Shown here piece after piece: positions 59,321-64,000 of a stretch of 64,000 nt of DNA. The notes below the pieces were generated by a model. That model searched no databases. It had not been told where the DNA came from and saw nothing but the letters and a program-made list of their open reading frames with translations. How positions within the stretch are numbered: position 1 is the stretch's first letter; every line of letters begins with the position of its first letter. The DNA is taken from IMG/VR virus record IMGVR_UViG_3300045131_002907, positions 1-64,000 of that record, one strand, 5' to 3'. Position numbers and translations under genes: made by a program. The stretch is from a virus.

Positions 59321-60405
59321 CCCTGAGAACGAATGTTCTCAGCGGCGTTTTCATCCCTGTCATGGACTCTTCCACAATGTGGGCAAGCCCACTCGCGAAC
59401 TGACAGTGGTAGAGATTCCATTAGAAATCCACAACCACTGCAGGTCTTGGATGATGGAAAGAACCTATCGACTTCTTGGATGGCATCTGCCTTGTACCCA
59501 AGTTGTCTCACGATCTCACCCCAGCCGACATCGCTGATGGCCCTGGCGAGACAGTGGTTCTTCATCATCCCACTGACATTTAAGTCTTCAACACAGATCA
59601 CACTGAACCGTTTGGTTATCGCGGTTGTGATTTCGTGCTGCCAGCCCTTTCGGGTCTGGGCTACTTTCCAATGCAGCCTCGATAACTTATTGGCTGCTTT
59701 CTTACGGTTCTGAGAGCCCTTGACCTTCCGGGATAAACGACGACCCAGACGTTTAAGCCTGGTGATCGCTGATCTCAGTGGTCTAGGGGCCTCGAACTTC
59801 TCTCCAGTAGACAGTGTAATCGCTGAAGTTAATCCAAGATCGATACCAACACAGGATTCCGGGTTGGGGGTCTTTTCGATATCAGGGAGTTCGACCTGAA
59901 CGGAGATCCACCATCTCTGACCCTGGAAGGAGAGGCGTGTCGAGATTGGTCTGCCCTCGAACCTGAGTTCTTCCCGCATCTTGATCCAACCTATTTTTGG
60001 GAGCTTTATTTTATTACCATCAAAACTGAACTTATCGGGGCCATCTTCCAGCCGAGCAGACGCCTTGGAACGATGCCTGGACTTAAAGTCAGGCATTGAC
60101 ATCTTGGGGCCCTTACGTTTACCTTTAATGGAATCGAAGAAATTTTGATAGGCAATTCCAAGATTCTTAATGGCTTGCTGGACCACTGACTTCGGGACCG
60201 CATACATCCATGGAAACTCTACATCCTTAATGGAGTTTAATTCCTTTCGGAGTTCAGCTTCATTGGGCTTCTCCCCTGTATCGAAGCGTTCGCGCCATCT
60301 ATTCAGGGCCCAATTGTAGGCAAACCGAGCAGTGCCCACGCAACGCCGGAAGAACTCTTCCTGGGCATCCGTTGGGTCTAGCTGGATGACGTGGGATCGA
60401 ATCAC
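59170..60405 (-). CDS. tnpB: RNA-guided endonuclease TnpB
   Basis: GTARFAYNWAL, RuvC motifs GIDLG, VEDL and DRDENAA, and Zn finger CSGC...CPHC. Confidence 0.95.
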   Translation of the reverse strand: MIRSHVIQLDPTDAQEEFFRRCVGTARFAYNWALNRWRERFDTGEKPNEAELRKELNSIKDVEFPWMYAVPKSVVQQAIKNLGIAYQNFFDSIKGKRKGPKMSMPDFKSRHRSKASARLEDGPDKFSFDGNKIKLPKIGWIKMREELRFEGRPISTRLSFQGQRWWISVQVELPDIEKTPNPESCVGIDLGLTSAITLSTGEKFEAPRPLRSAITRLKRLGRRLSRKVKGSQNRKKAANKLSRLHWKVAQTRKGWQHEITTAITKRFSVICVEDLNVSGMMKNHCLARAISDVGWGEIVRQLGYKADAIQEVDRFFPSSKTCSGCGFLMESLPLSVREWACPHCGRVHDRDENAAENIRSQGLNLFNTARVRESTPGETGSSGIRRRTNTKLPSMNQELMKSQNCEILVTN

Positions 60406-60530
60406 TTCTTATCCATCTCACGCTGAATGAACGTACGTATGACTTCGGAGACCGAGACGCCCCTACGGGTAGCCTCGGCGCGGAGCCACTCCAGCATAGC
60501 TGGTGGGAAAAATATCTGTGATCGTATCAT
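60402..60530 (-). CDS. Ribbon-helix-helix (CopG-like) protein, 42 aa, not in the ORF track
   Basis: MIRSQIFFPPAMLEWLRAEATRRGVSVSEVIRTFIQREMDKK; GTGA overlap with the tnpB start. Confidence 0.85.
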   Translation of the reverse strand: MIRSQIFFPPAMLEWLRAEATRRGVSVSEVIRTFIQREMDKK

Positions 60531-60534
60531 GTGT

Positions 60535-60564
60535 AGTATCCTACCCCTGTACGGTGTATGTCAA
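60535..60564 (-). promoter_or_regulatory. Promoter TTGACA-N18-GATACT, probably giving a leaderless RHH-tnpB mRNA
   Basis: Perfect -35 box; the ATG is 4 nt after the -10 box and has no SD. Confidence 0.55.
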
Positions 60565-60656
60565 CCCACCACGATGACAGGAAACCGGGTGGTGGTGAAT
60601 GGCGTGATCTGGTAGTAAACCCAACACCGTTACTCTACCTTCTAAAGGACCCAATC

Positions 60657-61025
60657 ATGGAAGTCTCAGCTCCCGTTGTTGCAGTTGTATCCGGGAAGCC
60701 CAATAGGGTTCCCCTCCCCATACGCCCCACGATTTGGGGTCTGGTCCGCGCAGGTGTCGACTTTGATCATAGTGGACCTGATATCGCCGAACTATTCAAG
60801 AGGGGGTTCACTGAAGACGACCTCATTGAATCCGGGATCTGGCAGCGTGCCAGCAGGGGGCGTCTGGTCCGCACTTTCGGTGGGTTCGTGCAGCAGTGCT
60901 ATGAGCGCTGTGATTCCAATAGCACCGCGGTCCTCGAACTCGCCTCGTTGAACTGGAACCATGGAAACCGAACAATCAACACAGTTAGGAAAGAGCATGG
61001 CGTCCATCAAAATCGAAGAAACTAG
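60657..61025 (+). CDS. Hypothetical protein
   Basis: SD aaagga before ATG 60657. Confidence 0.55.
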   Translation: MEVSAPVVAVVSGKPNRVPLPIRPTIWGLVRAGVDFDHSGPDIAELFKRGFTEDDLIESGIWQRASRGRLVRTFGGFVQQCYERCDSNSTAVLELASLNWNHGNRTINTVRKEHGVHQNRRN

Positions 61026-61902
61026 CATCAAGCTGAGCGCGAGTTTCGCGCTCGGTGCAGCACCACTGTCCTATGACCAAGACGATGGCTTTGCCAAATC
61101 GTCTACCAGGGTTCATTACGATGTCGGCCGCCAACCCCGCCGGATCGATTTCGATGTCGCCTCTGATCTCCTCTCCGAGATGTTGCTTGGTGTCGCCGGC
61201 AAGTCTCTCCCCGCGGACCTCATGCTCAGGGGGGTCGATGAAGTCTATATCAACCCCACGTCTAACTGGAGGGATGATGTACTCGTGAGCATTCAGGCAT
61301 CAGTGGGAGACGCCGGAGAAATCTACGGCCCCTGTTGGAAATCATTGATCGCGGAGAAGATGAAGGGGGTCATCACGCGATTCATCGCGATGACGCAGAC
61401 CCCAGGAGCCCTGAAGTGGTGGGAACGCCGTACAGAACTCGAGCGCCGGCTGAAGGCACATGACAATGCCCACCGGGGGTACATGGCCAGTGATGAGTTC
61501 TACAAGCAGCAAGCCGAGATCAGAGAACACCCCGATTTCGACAACACTGAACCCCCTGACTTCATCGGAGATGTTCTCTTGGCCACCAAGTTCGCCGAGC
61601 TCGATATCGCGATTACGGGGAAACAGGTCCAGGGTTGGAAAGAGTACCCGCTTCGGTTCGAGGACATCGTGGGATCCCAGGATCTCATCTACCTCAACGA
61701 TGGGGGCTACTCCCGCATGGGGCTCTTCATCAACACCGATGATACCATACGGATTGTCATCTGCATGAATGAGAAGTCAGACCACCATGGTCGCCAGCAC
61801 GACGACGACGTCACCGCGAAGATGCGGGAGATCCAGGAAGCCGCGACGACGTGGTACCGTGCTGCCCTCAAGGAAGCCGGAGTGGATGCGTCATGCCGCT
61901 GA
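60997..61902 (+). CDS. Hypothetical protein
   Basis: Long ORF with an SD-like aggaaag. Confidence 0.7.
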   Translation: MASIKIEETSIKLSASFALGAAPLSYDQDDGFAKSSTRVHYDVGRQPRRIDFDVASDLLSEMLLGVAGKSLPADLMLRGVDEVYINPTSNWRDDVLVSIQASVGDAGEIYGPCWKSLIAEKMKGVITRFIAMTQTPGALKWWERRTELERRLKAHDNAHRGYMASDEFYKQQAEIREHPDFDNTEPPDFIGDVLLATKFAELDIAITGKQVQGWKEYPLRFEDIVGSQDLIYLNDGGYSRMGLFINTDDTIRIVICMNEKSDHHGRQHDDDVTAKMREIQEAATTWYRAALKEAGVDASCR

Positions 61903-62177
61903 CCTGGGTAGACAATACCAGAGTGGTCAATCAGGCACGTGAGGTTCGAGAGCGCCGTGCCCCAGGGTACCACTCGCACTCCAAGATCCTGCATGGGTAC
62001 ACGAACCCCCGGAGCTTCATGGCCCTCAGCCATGGGGTTTTCGTTGAAGCCGTCGCCGCAGGCAAAGATGGCTTCAGTGCTGTCCAGGATTTCCTGGATG
62101 GCACTGAACTCAAACATGGGCACCCGATAAGAAACCTCATTCTCGCGCGAATCGCGAAGGAGCACCCCAGTGGCTAA
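61893..62177 (+). CDS. Hypothetical protein
   Basis: Overlaps both neighbours; SD-like ggag. Confidence 0.55.
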   Translation: MPLTWVDNTRVVNQAREVRERRAPGYHSHSKILHGYTNPRSFMALSHGVFVEAVAAGKDGFSAVQDFLDGTELKHGHPIRNLILARIAKEHPSG

Positions 62178-62436
62178 GAAAGCGAAGAAGACCAAGAAGA
62201 AGAAGTCCAACATTGCGACGTTACGAGAGACCTTGTTGGTCCTCGAGGATGACGCCGCATTCTCGGGTACCGAGGGGTTCATCCGGCAGTGGAAGGATGT
62301 CTCGGATTCCGATTTTGATCTCCTGGAGAATGGGCATCTCCCCGATGCCTCTCCTGATGTCGAGATCAGCATTATGACCTTGCTTAATGAAGCCAAGGCA
62401 GCCGGTCTCCCCTGTGTTAAAAACCTGGTTTATTGA
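62170..62436 (+). CDS. Hypothetical protein with Lys-rich N-terminus
   Basis: SD aaggag. Confidence 0.65.
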   Translation: MAKKAKKTKKKKSNIATLRETLLVLEDDAAFSGTEGFIRQWKDVSDSDFDLLENGHLPDASPDVEISIMTLLNEAKAAGLPCVKNLVY

Positions 62437-62448
62437 GGAGGGATTACA

Positions 62449-62949
62449 ATGTTCGATGCCACTACATTAGCCAAAATTTGTTACTACGCCCAACAACATG
62501 TCAGTGATCCTCAGGCCTGGGATCACTCAAAAGAACACCTGGATCACATCTTTCAATGCACATCTTTTACCATTGCTTGCTTCCTTGCAAACAATACTGT
62601 AGAGGGAGGTGGCGGTGTCGATTGGGACATTGTTCAAGAAGAGCTTTGTCAAATGCCCGCAAAGTCTCTCAAGCAGTGGGAGAGAATCATTAAAAAGAAG
62701 ATTAAGGTTTTCGGAGGCTTAACGAAAAAGGCACCAACCGCAGCCCTACGTGACTCCATGATTAACATGGTGAACGAGTTGTTAGCCAATGACACCGGTG
62801 TTCGTGAGTCCACGTATAACGAACTCATCCATCTCGTCAGTCTGATCTTGACAGTTGATGAGGTCGGTTTGCTCAAGAAGCATGTGGAAGCCACCGATGG
62901 ACAATTCTACTTACCGGAGGGCACCTACTTTGATCCACCTAAGGCATAG
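62449..62949 (+). CDS. Hypothetical protein, paralog of 62964
   Basis: SD gaggagg; shares AKI...TS..IA...GV...V...S..QWE with the next gene. Confidence 0.7.
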   Translation: MFDATTLAKICYYAQQHVSDPQAWDHSKEHLDHIFQCTSFTIACFLANNTVEGGGGVDWDIVQEELCQMPAKSLKQWERIIKKKIKVFGGLTKKAPTAALRDSMINMVNELLANDTGVRESTYNELIHLVSLILTVDEVGLLKKHVEATDGQFYLPEGTYFDPPKA

Positions 62950-62963
62950 ACCAGGAGGTACCA

Positions 62964-63305
62964 ATGCCACGTAAACCCAACTCTGAATCGCTAGAGCGTC
63001 TTGGCTGTCATCACTATAAATCGATTTCTGTTCCTGTGATGGCAAAGATAGTTTCTGACTGTGTGGGCTGGTATTCCCACCAGTTGTGTGGGGATAGTTT
63101 TCAGCGCGCCGCGGCGCAAGCCCAGGTGCGCCTGACATCGCAACTCATCGCAGCCTGGGTAGCCCAGCGTTGCCACACCGGGGTTAATCCAGATGACGTC
63201 AATCAGGTCTTGGTGCTGGATCAGCAATACCCCCAGCGCAGTTTTGCCCAATGGGAGTCAAACCTCCGTTTCCTCATCAGCAAATACAAGAGGAGTCCCA
63301 AATGA
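62964..63305 (+). CDS. Hypothetical protein, paralog of 62449
   Basis: SD aggaggt. Confidence 0.7.
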   Translation: MPRKPNSESLERLGCHHYKSISVPVMAKIVSDCVGWYSHQLCGDSFQRAAAQAQVRLTSQLIAAWVAQRCHTGVNPDDVNQVLVLDQQYPQRSFAQWESNLRFLISKYKRSPK

Positions 63306-63814
63306 GTAATGAACCCGATTTGTTCAAGGCCCTCGAGGCCACCCACACCCAACGCACCTCAATCATTGTCGCGAACCCTGAGACCGGGGCGATGTGGGCG
63401 TTTACCCCACTGCGTGCCCACGAAAAGTTCCTGGTCGCCGAGTGGGATCCCGTTACCGCGAAGTATGCACGGAGCACAGAGCAGCTCTCATTTCGAGCCG
63501 TCATCGAACTGATTTACGATAAGTGCAAGTGCTGGCGCATCGTCGCGGATTGCTCGCTCCCCGGAAAGATTGAGACCGTTGCGGTTCATCACGCCGATGG
63601 TACGGCGACATGGTACGTCGATGCCCCCGAACATGGCCTCGCCCTACCCCAGGGGTATTCGGTGCACCCCTGCCCCATGCAGGGCGGCCAGGGGACCCCA
63701 CGCTGGTATGTCAAGGGTCCCGATGATCGCGAAGACGGCGATCGCATCATCGAATGTGTTCACACCAGTATTGAAGATGCCGTGGATGCCGCCTGGGATG
63801 AGGTGGAGTCGTGA
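63302..63814 (+). CDS. Hypothetical protein
   Basis: SD aggag; ATGA coupling. Confidence 0.65.
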   Translation: MSNEPDLFKALEATHTQRTSIIVANPETGAMWAFTPLRAHEKFLVAEWDPVTAKYARSTEQLSFRAVIELIYDKCKCWRIVADCSLPGKIETVAVHHADGTATWYVDAPEHGLALPQGYSVHPCPMQGGQGTPRWYVKGPDDREDGDRIIECVHTSIEDAVDAAWDEVES

Positions 63815-64000
63815 CCAGAACCCGAAACCTATTCCCGAAGAAGTCTGAGCGCGAGTACAGTATCACGACTCAGGCCGAGCTCCGCCGGGCCTTCTGGGAG
63901 TCGAACCCAGAGTTCCAGCGCAAGGGCAATCAAGGCCAGAACTCCTACAACGCCACGATCCGTTCGGCGTGGTGCTTCTTCGTCGACGCCATGCAAAAGG
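63811..64000 (+). CDS. Hypothetical phage protein (3' partial)
   Basis: GTGA coupling; MTRTRNLFPKKSEREYSITTQAELRRAFWE... stays open to the window end. Confidence 0.6.
   Translation, partial: MTRTRNLFPKKSEREYSITTQAELRRAFWESNPEFQRKGNQGQNSYNATIRSAWCFFVDAMQK

Larger units (their letters stand above)
59163..60565 (-). mobile_element. IS607-like non-autonomous element: RHH gene + tnpB + omegaRNA, no tnpA
   Basis: tnpB present; right end ...gagaacgg; GG(G) at both junctions; removing the element restores an ORF. Confidence 0.7.

Noticed and set aside
59163-60565. IStron (intron-containing element) or Cas12/CRISPR system
   Set aside because: The left end is too short for a group I intron, the element is antisense to the host gene, and no array or cas genes are nearby.

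Overview
This window is part of a large, GC-rich tailed bacteriophage genome (jumbo-type myovirus). The host is plausibly from the PVC group, inferred only from a Planctomycete/Lentisphaerae-style prepilin-leader gene. Bases 1-41028 (+) are one long virion-morphogenesis block. In order it holds a Ser/Pro/Gly-repeat protein, collagen-like fibres (one carrying a large RCC1-repeat insert), neck/tail-completion genes, contractile sheath and tube, a gp5/VgrG-like hub, tail chaperones, tape measure, baseplate genes (gp25-like, J-like) and a five-member paralogous fibre family. A sigma-70-family gene sits inside the baseplate cluster. Bases 41018-64000 hold a KxA-rich protein, a primase-like Zn-finger protein, an HNH endonuclease, a structured regulatory region, the large terminase, a degenerate rolling-circle-Rep-like gene followed by a ~243-nt rod-shaped inverted repeat, an Mre11/SbcD nuclease, many small genes and an IS607-like RHH+tnpB element. 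The strongest novelty candidates are: (1) the Rep-like gene plus giant hairpin; (2) a multi-stem RNA with a 5-codon Pro-rich micro-ORF between two copies of a 31-nt leader repeat; (3) the transposase-less RHH-TnpB element, whose empty site can be rebuilt from the sequence; (4) the overprinted sigma factor; (5) the RCC1 cassette that splits a fibre gene. All product calls come from motif recognition and synteny by eye; no database searches were run.
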